NCBI GenBank assembly: GCA_963676795.2
Contig: CAXXTB010000002.1
Coordinates: forward strand, 2,144,001-2,208,000
Origin: Geopsychrobacteraceae bacterium
GTDB lineage: Bacteria; Desulfobacterota; Desulfuromonadia; Desulfuromonadales; Geopsychrobacteraceae
Direction: 5' to 3'
Length of the DNA stretch: 64,000 nucleotides
Position 1 is the first letter of the stretch. Every line of letters starts with the position of its first letter. The notes beneath the pieces are model-generated. The model was not told the DNA's origin. It ran no database searches and worked only from the letters and a program-made list of their open reading frames with translations. Shown here in pieces: positions 1 to 10,981 of the stretch. Made by a program: the position numbers and the translations under genes.

Positions 1-354
1 CTGTTCCGGAAACTCCAGCGGCGGCTTGTCAAGAAAACACACCCTGGCGAAAACCCTCGCTGAATAACTGATATAGGTCGGTATCGCCGTGACCGGCAGG
101 ATATCACTGGGCAGCAGATCTTCGCCGAGCAGGGCATTGAGCAGAGTACTTTTGCCACGCTTAAACTGGCCGAGAATGGCCAGCCGAAATGCCCCTGACT
201 CGAGGCGCGCTTTCAGCTGCTCCAGTTCAGTGAAGGTATCGGAGCAGCTTTCCAGATCTTTTATGAGCTCCAGGGATGAGTTAAGAACAGTTTCTAGATC
301 GTCTCGAACCACTGTCCCTCTGTCAGCGGTTCCCTCCTGGGCAATATCAGTCAT
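1..354 (-). CDS. Dynamin-family GTPase (bacterial dynamin-like protein), N-terminal part; runs off the window edge
   Basis: Hand translation from ATG 354: MTDIAQEG...LESGAFRLAILGQFKRGKSTLLNALLGEDLLPSDILPVTAIPTYISY. P-loop GQFKRGKS followed by LP-x-x-x-x-P-x-T fits Dynamin_N. Not in the ORF track. Confidence 0.85.
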   Translation of the reverse strand, partial: MTDIAQEGTADRGTVVRDDLETVLNSSLELIKDLESCSDTFTELEQLKARLESGAFRLAILGQFKRGKSTLLNALLGEDLLPSDILPVTAIPTYISYSARVFARVCFLDKPPLEFPEQ

Positions 355-441
355 CGGCGTATTCCTGTTCTGTGCTTTTCAATTCCAAGTACCGATTATG
401 ATAACACGGATTTAATCCGATAGGAATGAAACCGGGCAGGC

Positions 442-1392
442 TCACTCCGTATCGAACAGTTCGCCGCTGAGATAGCGCTCGCCGGAATCAGGCAGGATAA
501 CGACAATCTTCTTGCCCTTGAACTCGGCCTGGCGCGCCAGACGAACAGCCGCAGCCGTAGCGGCACCACAGGAGATACCGGACAGGAGCCCCTCTTCCCG
601 GGCAAGACGTCTGGCATAGTTGAAGGCATCGTCATTGGTGACTTTTTCGACGCGATCGATAAGGCTCAAGTCCAGAGTTTCAGGGATAAATCCGGCACCA
701 ATCCCCTGAATTTTATGAGGGCCGGGCTGCAGCAGTTCTCCAGCAAGGTGCTGAGAGATAACCGGGCTGTCTGCGGGTTCGACAGCGACAGCGACGATAT
801 TCTTGCCCCGGACCTCTTTGAAATAACGGGCAATACCAGAAATCGTCCCTCCGGTTCCGACACCGGCGACAATCACATCGACATCGCCATCCGTGGCCTC
901 CCAGATTTCCGGGCCCGTGGTTTTGACATGGATCGCCGGGTTGGCCGGATTCCTGAACTGATGCAGCAGCAGATACTTCTCCGGATTTTTTTCAGCCATC
1001 AATTCGGCTTCCTGAACAGCACCAGCCATTCCCTTGTTCCCCGGAGTCAAGACCAGGTTCGCACCAAAAGCCTTAAGGATACGGCGCCGCTCCATGCTCA
1101 TGGTTTCAGGCATGGTTAAAGTCAGCTTAATGCCTTTAGACGCAGCCACGAAAGCCAGTGCGATCCCGGTATTGCCGCTGGTCGGCTCCACGATCTCCAT
1201 ACCAGGCTTCAATGTGCCACGCTCAAGAGCATCCTGAATCATCGCCGTACCGATCCGGCACTTTACTGAATAGGCCGGATTGCGCCCTTCGACCTTACCG
1301 TAGATCTGGGCACCATTCGGAACGATTCTATTGAGCCTGACTAACGGAGTTCCACCGATAGACTGCGCGTTATCTGAAAAAATTTTAGCCAC
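442..1392 (-). CDS. cysK: Cysteine synthase A (O-acetylserine sulfhydrylase)
   Basis: PLP lysine motif [44 protein letters not shown]. Likely GTG start at 1392 (ORF track extends to 1419). Confidence 0.95.
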   Translation of the reverse strand: MAKIFSDNAQSIGGTPLVRLNRIVPNGAQIYGKVEGRNPAYSVKCRIGTAMIQDALERGTLKPGMEIVEPTSGNTGIALAFVAASKGIKLTLTMPETMSMERRRILKAFGANLVLTPGNKGMAGAVQEAELMAEKNPEKYLLLHQFRNPANPAIHVKTTGPEIWEATDGDVDVIVAGVGTGGTISGIARYFKEVRGKNIVAVAVEPADSPVISQHLAGELLQPGPHKIQGIGAGFIPETLDLSLIDRVEKVTNDDAFNYARRLAREEGLLSGISCGAATAAAVRLARQAEFKGKKIVVILPDSGERYLSGELFDTE

Positions 1393-1584
1393 GAAGAGCC
1401 CCCTTGCGGTCTGAATCACACTCTTTCAGGTGCGATACCCAAAAGTCAGTTTACCATTCACCATTGAGGGAAAATATAGACGATCAAGGTGAATACAGTC
1501 AACAAACCCGGGAAAAGATGGATTATTTTCCGACTTATACGTTAAAGATCATCCTTGAAGCCTAGCAGCCGAACGAGAGAAAGG

Positions 1585-2262
1585 CTATTGACGGAGAAAA
1601 AGAACGATAGCACCTTCCCCGCCATATTGACGTGGAGCCCGCCCCCATTCAGTCACCAGTTTCTTCCCCTCATGTGTGAGGAAACGCTCTACTTCGTCAC
1701 GCAGAACCGTCTTGCCAGCTTCCGAGTGAAGCCCTTTTCCGGTAATGACCAGCAAAACCCTGGCCTGCTGATAGCGGGCATTGGCGATAAACGACTTAAG
1801 CCTGGCCGTCACTTCATGCCCCTGCAGCCCATGCAGATCAAGAGATAAATCCGGAACAATCCGCCCCTTGCGCAGTTGGCGCATGCGTCGCGGTTCTGCC
1901 GATGCAGGTTCTTCCTCTTCGGGATAACTGTCTTCGAAGCGGATATTCATCTCACCGACAGATTTCAGGAACAGGTCGTTATCAGTCTCGACAACTGCAG
2001 CCTCTTCGGCTGGAGCAAAAGACCCAGCCGGGCCCCGATCCTCACCATCGTCAGCCGACTCGTTGTCCAACCGCTCCACGCCCAGCAGCTTCATTTCATC
2101 TTCAAATAAGCCATAGATGGGCGCCACAGGAACCTGGGCAGGCGCGTCCTGTGGTTGTTGCTGCTGTTGTTCCTCGGAAACAGAAAACCCCTTCAGAGCA
2201 CTGAAGGGGTCACTGGAAAACGGCTTTGGAACAGAAGTTTTGTTTCTCTTCTTTTTAGCCAT
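1585..2262 (-). CDS. Smr/MutS2 C-terminal domain protein
   Basis: LDLHG...VITGKGLHS...GGEGA Smr motifs after a low-complexity acidic N-terminus. Confidence 0.9.
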   Translation of the reverse strand: MAKKKRNKTSVPKPFSSDPFSALKGFSVSEEQQQQQPQDAPAQVPVAPIYGLFEDEMKLLGVERLDNESADDGEDRGPAGSFAPAEEAAVVETDNDLFLKSVGEMNIRFEDSYPEEEEPASAEPRRMRQLRKGRIVPDLSLDLHGLQGHEVTARLKSFIANARYQQARVLLVITGKGLHSEAGKTVLRDEVERFLTHEGKKLVTEWGRAPRQYGGEGAIVLFLRQ

Positions 2263-2269
2263 AACAGAA

Positions 2270-2992
2270 CTAGCGGAGTACCTGTTTGCGACGGCCGGTC
2301 ATGGCCTTGGTCTGCTGCTTGATGATAGCGCCCTGTTTTTCCAGATGGAACTGGAACCACATATCGCCAAAACCTTTCATCTTCATCCGCTTGCCGGCTT
2401 CGAGCAGGTCAATGTTCTCCCTCAAACGCTCATCAGAGGTCTTCTTCACTCCCTGATTGAGAATCTCAACGGCCCTGGCGCGGTTGCCGATATGATCAAG
2501 ACAGAAGGCATAAAGAGCATAGAGCATTGCTTCCTTACGGCTGGCGGCAATCGCCTTTTCAAAGGTACTGACCATCTTGTCGGTCTTGTTTTTCTTCATG
2601 TAACTGATACCAAGCATCGCCATGGCTACCCAGTTTTTGGAAAAACCCTTTTCCAGATACGGCAGCGCTTCGGAAAATTGGCGTTTGATATAATGGATGG
2701 TCCCGATCTGGGAATTGATCTGCCCTTTGATGTAGAACTGCCAGGCCGCGAACTTCATCGAAGCCTTGAGATCACTGATAGCCTTGTCCGCCCGATTGGC
2801 CATAACATCTTTCTGGGCCTGCGTCATGATGGCGGTGATGCGTTTCAGCAGCGATCTTGAGATCAGAATAAAAACAACCACCAGAACGACAAGACCGATG
2901 AGCGAAACAATCCAGGGTTCCGGCGTAATGAAACGCATCGATACTGCCGAAACAACGGCGGCACAGGCGATCGAGATCAACAATGTCAGCAT
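2270..2992 (-). CDS. Membrane-anchored TPR-repeat protein
   Basis: Two N-terminal hydrophobic helices followed by TPR-like helical repeats. Start chosen at ATG 2992 (track 3034). Confidence 0.7.
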   Translation of the reverse strand: MLTLLISIACAAVVSAVSMRFITPEPWIVSLIGLVVLVVVFILISRSLLKRITAIMTQAQKDVMANRADKAISDLKASMKFAAWQFYIKGQINSQIGTIHYIKRQFSEALPYLEKGFSKNWVAMAMLGISYMKKNKTDKMVSTFEKAIAASRKEAMLYALYAFCLDHIGNRARAVEILNQGVKKTSDERLRENIDLLEAGKRMKMKGFGDMWFQFHLEKQGAIIKQQTKAMTGRRKQVLR

Positions 2993-3117
2993 GAAAATTC
3001 CCTTAGAGCAAAAAAGTCTTATCGCGAAGAGCACCGGATGGGGTCATCCAAACCCGGCGCGCAACTCTATCAATCTGTACCGAAAATGTCAAAACAAACG
3101 GACAGGCATGCAGCGCA

Positions 3118-4731
3118 TCAGCCCTGAAAGTCGCTGGCAACCATCAGGGTCAGCTTCTGCCCCGGCTTGAGCACATGCCCCCTGGATAATTCGTTCCATT
3201 GACGGATCTCCTCGGTCGCGACATCGAACTGGCGGCCGATCCCCCACAGCGTGTCCCCCGGAACGACCTGATAAATCATCTTGCGGGTCGGGCCTTTTTT
3301 CACTGCAGACGCTACACGGGCCGTCGTCTTGGCGGTAGCCATCTTAGACACGACCAGAGTCTGTCCCGGCTGCAGAGTATTGCTCCAGCCCAGCTTGTTC
3401 CAGATGCGCAATTCTTTCTCGGTCACCTCAAAACGCCTGGCAATCGACCAGAGGCTGTCCCCTTTGCGCACCTTGTAGGTTTTACGCCGGCTCTTGATGT
3501 AGCTTTCGGCCAGGGCATCGGCCGGCAAAGAGGTATAGCCTTCCTTGAGTGGCAGGATCAGGTTCTGGCCGATCTGCAGGGCCTTGGGATTTTTGATCTG
3601 ATTGAGGCTGATAATATCATCGACCCGGATCTTGTAGCGTCGCGCCAGAACCTGGAGGGTATCACCGGCCTTGATCTGATGACGTGCGTAACGGGCACGC
3701 TGATCGGCAGGCAGTTGTGCATATGCGTCCATCACCTGGGCCGCCGTTCCGACAGGAACCCGTAAGCGATAACCGGTTTCTCCCGGTGGAGTACACCAGC
3801 GCTTCAGCTCGGGGTTCAGCTCTTTGATCTCGCCGTAACTGACGCCACAGAACTCGGCTATCAGTTCCAGGTCCGTGGTACTCTCCATAACGACAGTGTC
3901 GTAAGCAAAGGGCTCCTGCATTTCAATATCGGCAAAGCCATATGTTTCAGGATCCTTGACCAGCGTCAGGGTCGCAATCAGCTTCGGCAGGTAATCACAA
4001 GTTTCTTCCCGCAGAACCGATCCTTCGGTCAACTCCCAGAAATCGCGACTATCGCTTTTCCTGATCGCCTTGTTGACGGTCCCGCCGCCGGCATTATAAG
4101 CCGCAACGGCCAGGTACCAGTCGCCATCGAAACGGTCATGCAAGGTTTTGAGGTGCCGGGCTGCGGCAAGGGTCGATTTTTCAATATCCAGCCGACCATC
4201 CTGCCACCAGTCATTCTTCAGGCCATACAACTTTCCGGTACTCTCGATAAACTGCCAGGGACCAGCGGCATGGGCCCAGCTGTAGGCGCGCATATTGAAG
4301 CCGGATTCGATCAAAGCCAGATAGGCAAGATCGAGAGGGATCCCTTCTTCCCGAAACACCTCCTGGATGGAAGGAATATAGCGGGAAGCCCTTTCCAGCC
4401 AGAGCGAAAAAGTTGCCCGCCCCGAACCGGTGTAATAGTTGAGATATTTATCGACACGCGGGTGGCTTGTCAGTGGGAAATCACCTGTGTAGAAAAAAGA
4501 AAGCGGCAGCTGAGGCTCAACCACGACGGCACTGTCGGTGCCACCGGCCTCCATCCCCTGCTCCGCAATATCGGCAGGTTCTTCGCCGCAGGGCGCTGAC
4601 TCAGCCTCGACCGCTTCCTGTATTTCAGAAGCGGGATCCGGCCCCAGCACCCTGTCTATCCTTGGCGTCGGAGCATGACAGGCACCGAAGATAAGGATGA
4701 TAATGATAAAACTGTACTTCCAATAAGTCAT
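3118..4731 (-). CDS. mltD: Lytic murein transglycosylase D-like lipoprotein (SLT domain plus 3 LysM)
   Basis: Lipobox-like FGAC, IESGF, AAGPWQF, AAYNAG, and three GD(T/S)L LysM repeats. Confidence 0.88.
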   Translation of the reverse strand: MTYWKYSFIIIILIFGACHAPTPRIDRVLGPDPASEIQEAVEAESAPCGEEPADIAEQGMEAGGTDSAVVVEPQLPLSFFYTGDFPLTSHPRVDKYLNYYTGSGRATFSLWLERASRYIPSIQEVFREEGIPLDLAYLALIESGFNMRAYSWAHAAGPWQFIESTGKLYGLKNDWWQDGRLDIEKSTLAAARHLKTLHDRFDGDWYLAVAAYNAGGGTVNKAIRKSDSRDFWELTEGSVLREETCDYLPKLIATLTLVKDPETYGFADIEMQEPFAYDTVVMESTTDLELIAEFCGVSYGEIKELNPELKRWCTPPGETGYRLRVPVGTAAQVMDAYAQLPADQRARYARHQIKAGDTLQVLARRYKIRVDDIISLNQIKNPKALQIGQNLILPLKEGYTSLPADALAESYIKSRRKTYKVRKGDSLWSIARRFEVTEKELRIWNKLGWSNTLQPGQTLVVSKMATAKTTARVASAVKKGPTRKMIYQVVPGDTLWGIGRQFDVATEEIRQWNELSRGHVLKPGQKLTLMVASDFQG

Positions 4732-4810
4732 TCTACTGTCTCCGAAACAGTATTTATAAAATTTACAAATACTAATTTTCTATTAAATCCACAGACAAAG
4801 TCAATAAACT

Positions 4811-6448
4811 TCAATCTTCCAGCCTCTCAGCCGGCCAGAAGCGCTTCTCCATCTCGTCCATCAGTGGGCCAAAACTTTTTCGCTCGAGCGCCGAAACCGG
4901 AATCGCCTGGTAGCGACGACACAGGGCCGAACGCTCCGGCTCGGGAACCAGGTCGGTCTTGTTAAAAACCAGCAGACGCTTGCGGGTTCCCAGATCAAGA
5001 TCGTCGAGGATCTTGTCAACCGAACGGATCTGCTCCTCAAAGCGCGGATTCGAGACGTCGACCAGATGTAGCAGCAAGTCGGCATCCTCGAGCTCTTCCA
5101 GGGTTGCCTTGAAAGCTCCGATCAGGCTCGTCGGCAGATCACGGATAAAACCGACGGTATCGGTGATGATGACCTCCCGGTCGAGGGGAAAACGTAGTCG
5201 CCTGGTCGAGGTATCCAGGGTTGCGAACATCAGGTTTTCAGTAAACACTTCGCTCTGGGTCAAAGCATTGAGCAAGGTCGATTTACCGGCATTGGTATAG
5301 CCGACGATCGAGACGATCGGCACCCCGGCACGTACGCGCTTCTGGCGCCGCTGCATCCGCCCGCGGCTCAAGGTCTCGAGTTCGTTCTCCAGCCGCCTGA
5401 TCTTGTCCCGCGTGCGGCGCCGGTCGATTTCCAACTTGGTCTCCCCCGGTCCGCGTCCGCCGATCCCGCCCATCAGGCGCGACATCGCGGTGCCCTTGCC
5501 TCCGGCGAGGCGCGGCATAATATATTTGAGCTGAGCCAGTTCGACCTGAACCTTGCCGTCACGTGACTGCGCGCGGTTGGCAAAGATGTCGAGAATCAGC
5601 TGGGTCCGGTCGATAACCTTGATCTCCGTCACATCGGTAATCGAGCGCACCTGGTTCGGCGTCAGGTTCTGGTCAAAGACGAGCAGGGTCGCGCGGCGCT
5701 GCAGGGCATTGATAATGATCTCACGCAGCTTCCCTTCCCCGACCAGGTAGCGCGGATTGAGCTTGCGCGGACGCTGAACAACCTTGTCGATCACCACCAG
5801 ATTCGCTGTCCTGGCCAGCTCTTCAAGCTCATCCAGGGAATCCTGGACCTGACGCTGGGTACCACTGCCAACCGAGATCAACAGCGCCCGTTCGCGTCCA
5901 TCAGACAGGTCGACAGTTTCTTCGGCGGTCCGTTCCATCTCCTGATCGAGAGAGCGGACAAAGGCTGCAAAATCGAGATCGAGCTGATAATAATCGTTGA
6001 GCTGATGCTGTTCGATCTGAGCGACATCGGCTGTCGGCAACAGGTGAGCGTAGTAAAGTTTTCCCGGCAACCCGTCAGCACGGACGCCGATAGCCGCCAT
6101 CAGATCGAGCCGTAACAGCTCGAGATCGGTCATATCGTCGCGGCTTAAGGGTTCCTGCTTGAGGTGGGTATGGATGCAACGCAGGCCACGCAGGCCACTA
6201 CGCCCCAGGCTGAAGCTGGACAGATCTGGAATAACGATCTCCCGGTCGTCACCGACGATGACATATTGAACGACACCGGCACGGTCGATGATCAGACCGA
6301 CCTGGCGTTGAATTTCAGCAGACAGTTCGGTGATATAGCGCGCAAGTTCGGAAGAGATAACCTCATTTGCGGCAATCTTACGCCGATAAATCCGTTCAAG
6401 AGCATTGATCTGACTGGCTTTAAGGCCACTGAGCTTGCCTTCTACCAT
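4811..6448 (-). CDS. hflX: GTPase HflX (long N-terminal form)
   Basis: GGRGPGETKLE, GYTNAGKS, FATLD, DTVGFI, NKTD motifs. Confidence 0.95.
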   Translation of the reverse strand: MVEGKLSGLKASQINALERIYRRKIAANEVISSELARYITELSAEIQRQVGLIIDRAGVVQYVIVGDDREIVIPDLSSFSLGRSGLRGLRCIHTHLKQEPLSRDDMTDLELLRLDLMAAIGVRADGLPGKLYYAHLLPTADVAQIEQHQLNDYYQLDLDFAAFVRSLDQEMERTAEETVDLSDGRERALLISVGSGTQRQVQDSLDELEELARTANLVVIDKVVQRPRKLNPRYLVGEGKLREIIINALQRRATLLVFDQNLTPNQVRSITDVTEIKVIDRTQLILDIFANRAQSRDGKVQVELAQLKYIMPRLAGGKGTAMSRLMGGIGGRGPGETKLEIDRRRTRDKIRRLENELETLSRGRMQRRQKRVRAGVPIVSIVGYTNAGKSTLLNALTQSEVFTENLMFATLDTSTRRLRFPLDREVIITDTVGFIRDLPTSLIGAFKATLEELEDADLLLHLVDVSNPRFEEQIRSVDKILDDLDLGTRKRLLVFNKTDLVPEPERSALCRRYQAIPVSALERKSFGPLMDEMEKRFWPAERLED

Positions 6449-6516
6449 TGACACCTCAAAAACCAGTAAAGGCCCCTGACGGAGCCTTTACGTTCTGAAT
6501 TATGCTAAAAATGACC

Positions 6517-7287
6517 TTAACCGGCAACGGTACTGAACCCTGCGTCGACATAGTGAATTTCACCAGTGACGCCGGATGCCAGATCGGAGAGCAGGTAAAG
6601 GGTGGCCTTGCCGACATCCTCGGTCGAAACCAGACGTCTGAGCGGAGCCAGCTCTTCGGCGCGCTTGAGCTTGTCCTTGAAGTTGGAAATGCCGGAAGCG
6701 GCCAGGGTCTTGATCGGACCGGCGGAAACCGCGTTGACACGGATTCCCTGTTCACCGAGCTCTGCAGCCAGGTAACGAACGGAAGATTCCAGGGCGGCCT
6801 TGGCAACACCCATGACGTTATACTGCGGAACGGAACGAACCGATCCAAGGTAAGTCATGGTGACAATGCTGCCACCCGGTGCCATGACCGGAATAGCTGC
6901 ACGGGTCACTGAAACCAGCGAGTAGGCGCTGATGTCGAGAGCCAGTTGAAAGCCCTCACGGCTGGTCTGGCTGAATGGCTGCTTGAGGTCTTCACGGTTG
7001 GCGTAGGCGATGGCGTGAACGACAAAATCAACCTGTCCCCACTGGGTTTTCAGCTCAGTGAAAACGGCATTCAGTTCTTCTTCATTCTGGACATCACAAG
7101 GCAGGATAATCGTTGATCCCAGGCTTTCAGCCAGCGGGCGGACACGCTTCTCCAGTGCCTCATTCAGATAGGTAAAGGCCAGTTCAGCTCCGGCGGCATG
7201 CAATTGTTCCGCAATACCCCAGGCAATGCTTTTATCGTTGGCGACACCGAGGATTACACCGCGTTTGCCCTTCATCAGTCCTGTCAT
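6517..7287 (-). CDS. fabI: Enoyl-ACP reductase (NADH)
   Basis: GVANDKSIAWGIA, YNVMGVAKAALE, SAGPIKTLAA. Confidence 0.95.
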   Translation of the reverse strand: MTGLMKGKRGVILGVANDKSIAWGIAEQLHAAGAELAFTYLNEALEKRVRPLAESLGSTIILPCDVQNEEELNAVFTELKTQWGQVDFVVHAIAYANREDLKQPFSQTSREGFQLALDISAYSLVSVTRAAIPVMAPGGSIVTMTYLGSVRSVPQYNVMGVAKAALESSVRYLAAELGEQGIRVNAVSAGPIKTLAASGISNFKDKLKRAEELAPLRRLVSTEDVGKATLYLLSDLASGVTGEIHYVDAGFSTVAG

Positions 7288-7473
7288 TCAATGGTCTCCT
7301 TGTAGTTACATCATCATTTAATGAACATGACTTTTTATCAAAAGCTGCCGGCAAAGGCAAGACCCCTTGTACCTCACTGAAATCTCAACTTTTTTTTCGC
7401 ACCATCCCTATTCACGCGGGAAAAGATCATTTAGACTGTTTCTCAGCATCCACGAAGCCAAGGAGACCAATGC

Positions 7474-8883
7474 ATGAAACAGACACTCTTCGATAAACTC
7501 TGGGCCAGCCATGTCGTCAACGAAGATGCCGACGGCACCTGCCTGCTCTATATTGACCGCCAGTTGCTCCATGAGGTCACCTCTCCGCAGGCCTTTGAAG
7601 GACTGCGCCTGGCCGGGCGCACACCCTGGCGCAGGGAAGCCAACCTGGCGGTCCCCGATCACAATGTCCCGACAGCAGACCGCGCCCAGGGCGTCAGTGA
7701 TCCGGTCTCAAAGATTCAGATCGAAACACTGGAAAAAAACTGTCGTGAATTCGGCATCACCCTGTTCGGTATGGATGATCCCCGCCAGGGGATTGTTCAC
7801 GTCATCGGTCCGGAGCAGGGAGCCACCCTGCCCGGCATGACCATTGTCTGTGGTGATTCCCATACCGCGACACATGGTGCCTTCGGCGCTCTCGCCTTCG
7901 GTATCGGCACCTCGGAAGTCGAACATGTGCTGGCCACCCAGTGCCTGATTCAGAAAAAATCAAAAAGCATGCTGGTTGAGGTCAGTGGCGAATTGCCGAC
8001 CGGCCTGACCGCCAAGGATATCATCCTGGCAACAATCGGCCGCATCGGCACCGCCGGCGGCACCGGCTACACCATCGAATTCGGCGGTTCGGCAATCCGC
8101 AGCCTGTCGATGGAGGGGCGCATGACGGTCTGCAACATGGCGATCGAAGCCGGCGCACGGGCCGGAATCATCGCTGTCGACCAGACAACCATCGACTATC
8201 TCAAGGGGCGCCCCTACGCCCCGAGCGGAGAACTGTGGGACAAGGCTGTGACCAGCTGGCTTGAACTGAAGAGCGACCCGGATGCCGAATACGATCGCGT
8301 TGTGCGCATCGATGCCCGCGATCTCCAGCCACAGGTCACCTGGGGGACCTCACCGGAGATGGTCGTCACCGTCGATGAAAAGGTTCCCGACCCGGCGACG
8401 GAAGCCAATCCGACCAAACGCGAAAGCATCCAGGCCGCGCTGAAATACATGGGCCTTGAGCCCGGCACGCCGATCACCGAGATCTCGCCCGATATCATCT
8501 TCATCGGCTCCTGCACCAACGGTCGCATCGAGGATCTGCGTGCCGTCGCCGCCGTCGTCAAAGGACGCAAGGTCGCGGCCAATATCAAGCAGGCGCTGGT
8601 CGTACCCGGTTCAGGCCTGGTCAAGCAGCAGGCCGAAGCCGAAGGCCTGGACAAGATCCTTATCGAAGCCGGATTCGAATGGCGCGAACCGGGCTGTTCC
8701 ATGTGTCTGGCCATGAACAGCGACCGCCTGGCTCCGGGTGAACGCTGCGCCTCGACCTCGAACCGTAACTTCGAGGGGCGCCAGGGCCAGGGCGGCCGCA
8801 CTCATCTGGTCAGCCCGGCCATGGCTGCCGCTGCGGCGGTTACCGGGCACTTTGTCGACGTGCGCCAACTGGAGGTAAAATAA
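7474..8883 (+). CDS. leuC: 3-isopropylmalate dehydratase large subunit
   Basis: [44 protein letters not shown]. Confidence 0.97.
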   Translation: MKQTLFDKLWASHVVNEDADGTCLLYIDRQLLHEVTSPQAFEGLRLAGRTPWRREANLAVPDHNVPTADRAQGVSDPVSKIQIETLEKNCREFGITLFGMDDPRQGIVHVIGPEQGATLPGMTIVCGDSHTATHGAFGALAFGIGTSEVEHVLATQCLIQKKSKSMLVEVSGELPTGLTAKDIILATIGRIGTAGGTGYTIEFGGSAIRSLSMEGRMTVCNMAIEAGARAGIIAVDQTTIDYLKGRPYAPSGELWDKAVTSWLELKSDPDAEYDRVVRIDARDLQPQVTWGTSPEMVVTVDEKVPDPATEANPTKRESIQAALKYMGLEPGTPITEISPDIIFIGSCTNGRIEDLRAVAAVVKGRKVAANIKQALVVPGSGLVKQQAEAEGLDKILIEAGFEWREPGCSMCLAMNSDRLAPGERCASTSNRNFEGRQGQGGRTHLVSPAMAAAAAVTGHFVDVRQLEVK

Positions 8884-8884
8884 G

Positions 8885-9526
8885 ATGGATAAATTCAGTA
8901 ACTTTCACGGACTGGTCGCCCCGCTCGATCGGGCCAATATCGATACCGACGCAATCATCCCGAAGCAGTTCCTCAAATCGATTAAACGGACCGGCTTCGG
9001 CCCCTACCTGTTTGATGAATGGCGTTACCTTGACCACGGAGAACCGGGCACGGACTGCACCAATCGCCCGCTCAATACAAGCTTTGTCCTCAATCAGCCG
9101 CAATACAAGGGGGCCAGCATCCTGTTGACCCGGGCCAACTTCGGCTGCGGGTCATCAAGAGAGCATGCGCCCTGGGCGCTGCTCGATTTCGGCATCAGAA
9201 CGATCATCGCACCGAGCTTTGCCGACATCTTTTACAACAATTGCTTCAAGAACGGAATCCTGCCGATCGTTCTTGACGAAGCGCTCATCGACAGCCTGTT
9301 TAAAGCGGTTGGCAGCAGTGCCGGTTTCAGGCTGCAAATCGACCTGGAAAATCAGCGTATCGAGCGCCCTGACGGCGAAACAATCGCCTTTGACATCGAC
9401 CCGTTCCGTAAGCACTGTCTGCTCAACGGTCTGGATGACATCGGTCTGACCTTGCAGAAGATCGACAGCATTAAAGATTACGAAAACCGTCATCGCCAGG
9501 ACGCACCCTGGCTGTTCGCCAACTAA
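8885..9526 (+). CDS. leuD: 3-isopropylmalate dehydratase small subunit
   Basis: [28 protein letters not shown]; immediately follows leuC. Confidence 0.97.
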   Translation: MDKFSNFHGLVAPLDRANIDTDAIIPKQFLKSIKRTGFGPYLFDEWRYLDHGEPGTDCTNRPLNTSFVLNQPQYKGASILLTRANFGCGSSREHAPWALLDFGIRTIIAPSFADIFYNNCFKNGILPIVLDEALIDSLFKAVGSSAGFRLQIDLENQRIERPDGETIAFDIDPFRKHCLLNGLDDIGLTLQKIDSIKDYENRHRQDAPWLFAN

Positions 9527-9527
9527 C

Positions 9528-9567
9528 AACGCCAAAGGCCCCGGGATAGCCCGGGGCCTTTGGCGTT
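9528..9567. terminator. Bidirectional hairpin between convergent leuD and the thioesterase
   Basis: Perfect 18-bp stem AACGCCAAAGGCCCCGGG-atag-CCCGGGGCCTTTGGCGTT. Confidence 0.8.
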
Positions 9568-9593
9568 TCAGCGTGAATAATTAGAACAACAGA

Positions 9594-10085
9594 TCATTCA
9601 AATTCCTTGATCACCGCGTTTTTCTTCAGCAACGTCTTTGACTTCTCCTTGGTTATTTCTTTACGCCTCAGAGCATTGTTGTAGCGCCTATGATCATCGT
9701 CAGTCACCAGCTCGAGCGGCTCAACCTTGACCGGTTTACCATCGTCGTCGACGGCAACCATGGTGAAGTAGCAGGTGTTGGTATGCGAGACAACCTGTTT
9801 ACGGATATCTTCGGTGACAACCTTGATGCCGATCTCCATCGATGAAGTCCCGACGTAGTTCACGTTGGCAAAGAAAGTCACGAGGCTGCCGACAGGAATC
9901 GGTCTCTTGAACAGAACCATATCGACCGACAGGGTCACGACGTACTGTCCGCTGTAACGCGAAGCACAGGCAAAGGCAACCTCATCAAGCATCTTCAGCA
10001 GTTGGCCACCATGCAGATTCCCGCTGAAATTTGCCATCCCGGGGGTAATCAGAACAGACATGTTCAAAGACTTGTTTTCCTGCAT
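9594..10085 (-). CDS. Acyl-CoA thioesterase (hotdog fold, YciA-like)
   Basis: ANFSGNLHGGQLLKMLD, VGTSSMEIG, FTMVAVDDDGKP. Confidence 0.9.
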   Translation of the reverse strand: MQENKSLNMSVLITPGMANFSGNLHGGQLLKMLDEVAFACASRYSGQYVVTLSVDMVLFKRPIPVGSLVTFFANVNYVGTSSMEIGIKVVTEDIRKQVVSHTNTCYFTMVAVDDDGKPVKVEPLELVTDDDHRRYNNALRRKEITKEKSKTLLKKNAVIKEFE

Positions 10086-10304
10086 AAACTCTCCATTATC
10101 AGATAAATAAAACCATCCGGCATTTCATCTCAGCCGGGATTGATACTTTAGCACAAATCCCGTATTGTGAGGCTCTGCATCTTACCCACAGATGCATTTC
10201 TTTGTGTCAGAAAGAACAACTCTCAATACTGTGACATTAGCTCTTTGAACAGAGTTCATGTATGATTGTAGAAAACCTTTTTCCGAAACAAGGTGGAGGC
10301 ACTT

Positions 10305-10613
10305 ATGAGTTCTTCCGATTTTGAAAAAAGCAAAGAAAAACTTACCCAGGATTATCGCAAACTCCTCAAAGATGCTGAAGATCTGATCTCCAGCCTGCCC
10401 GGCGAACTGAACGACAAAACATCCGAAGCGAAAGCCAGGTTGGAAGAAACCGTGGGGCAGTTCAAAAACAGCTATGGTTCCGCAGCCGACAGGGTCCAGG
10501 AGCAGATCAAGAAATCGGATCAGCTGATCAGGGACTACCCCTATCAAGCAGCGGGAATCTCCCTCGCTATCGGTTTTCTCATCGGCCTGCTTCTCAAACG
10601 CGGAAACAGCTAG
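10305..10613 (+). CDS. DUF883 / ElaB-YqjD family tail-anchored protein
   Basis: Coiled helix plus C-terminal IRDYPYQAAGISLAIGFLIGLLLKR; GGAGG RBS before ATG 10305. Confidence 0.85.
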   Translation: MSSSDFEKSKEKLTQDYRKLLKDAEDLISSLPGELNDKTSEAKARLEETVGQFKNSYGSAADRVQEQIKKSDQLIRDYPYQAAGISLAIGFLIGLLLKRGNS

Positions 10614-10981
10614 TGCTGCCGACCAAGCAGGATTTCAGCAGTTTCTGGCACAATGTTACCGCATTACTGTGGAATCGTCTCGAACTGTTCAGCCTGGAAC
10701 TCAGAGAGGAACAGGACCGGTTCTTTCGCCTGGCATTCCTCTGCCTGTTCAGCCTGGCGATTGCGCTGATCGGTCTTGTCTTGCTGCTGCTCGCCCTGCT
10801 ACTGGTTATTCCCCAAGAGTTACGGCCTCTGACCTGCCTGATTACCGGCGTTGCCTGCCTGATCCTGGGAATCCTCGGCTGGTGGCGCCTGCAGAGGAAG
10901 CTCTCCCATGGTCCACTGCCGTTTGCAACGATCCGCGATGAGATCAGAAAAGACCTGGGAGTAAATGATGACCGGCCATAA
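10613..10981 (+). CDS. YqjE-like (holin-like superfamily) membrane protein
   Basis: RLELFSLELREEQ followed by two TM helices; overlaps the stop of the DUF883 gene. Confidence 0.8.
   Translation: MLPTKQDFSSFWHNVTALLWNRLELFSLELREEQDRFFRLAFLCLFSLAIALIGLVLLLLALLLVIPQELRPLTCLITGVACLILGILGWWRLQRKLSHGPLPFATIRDEIRKDLGVNDDRP

Noticed and set aside
89..415. 108-aa + strand ORF
   Set aside because: Antisense shadow of the dynamin-like gene.
2152..2172. Poly-Gln run in the Smr protein
   Set aside because: Mixed CAA/CAG codons in a low-complexity linker; too short to suggest phase variation.
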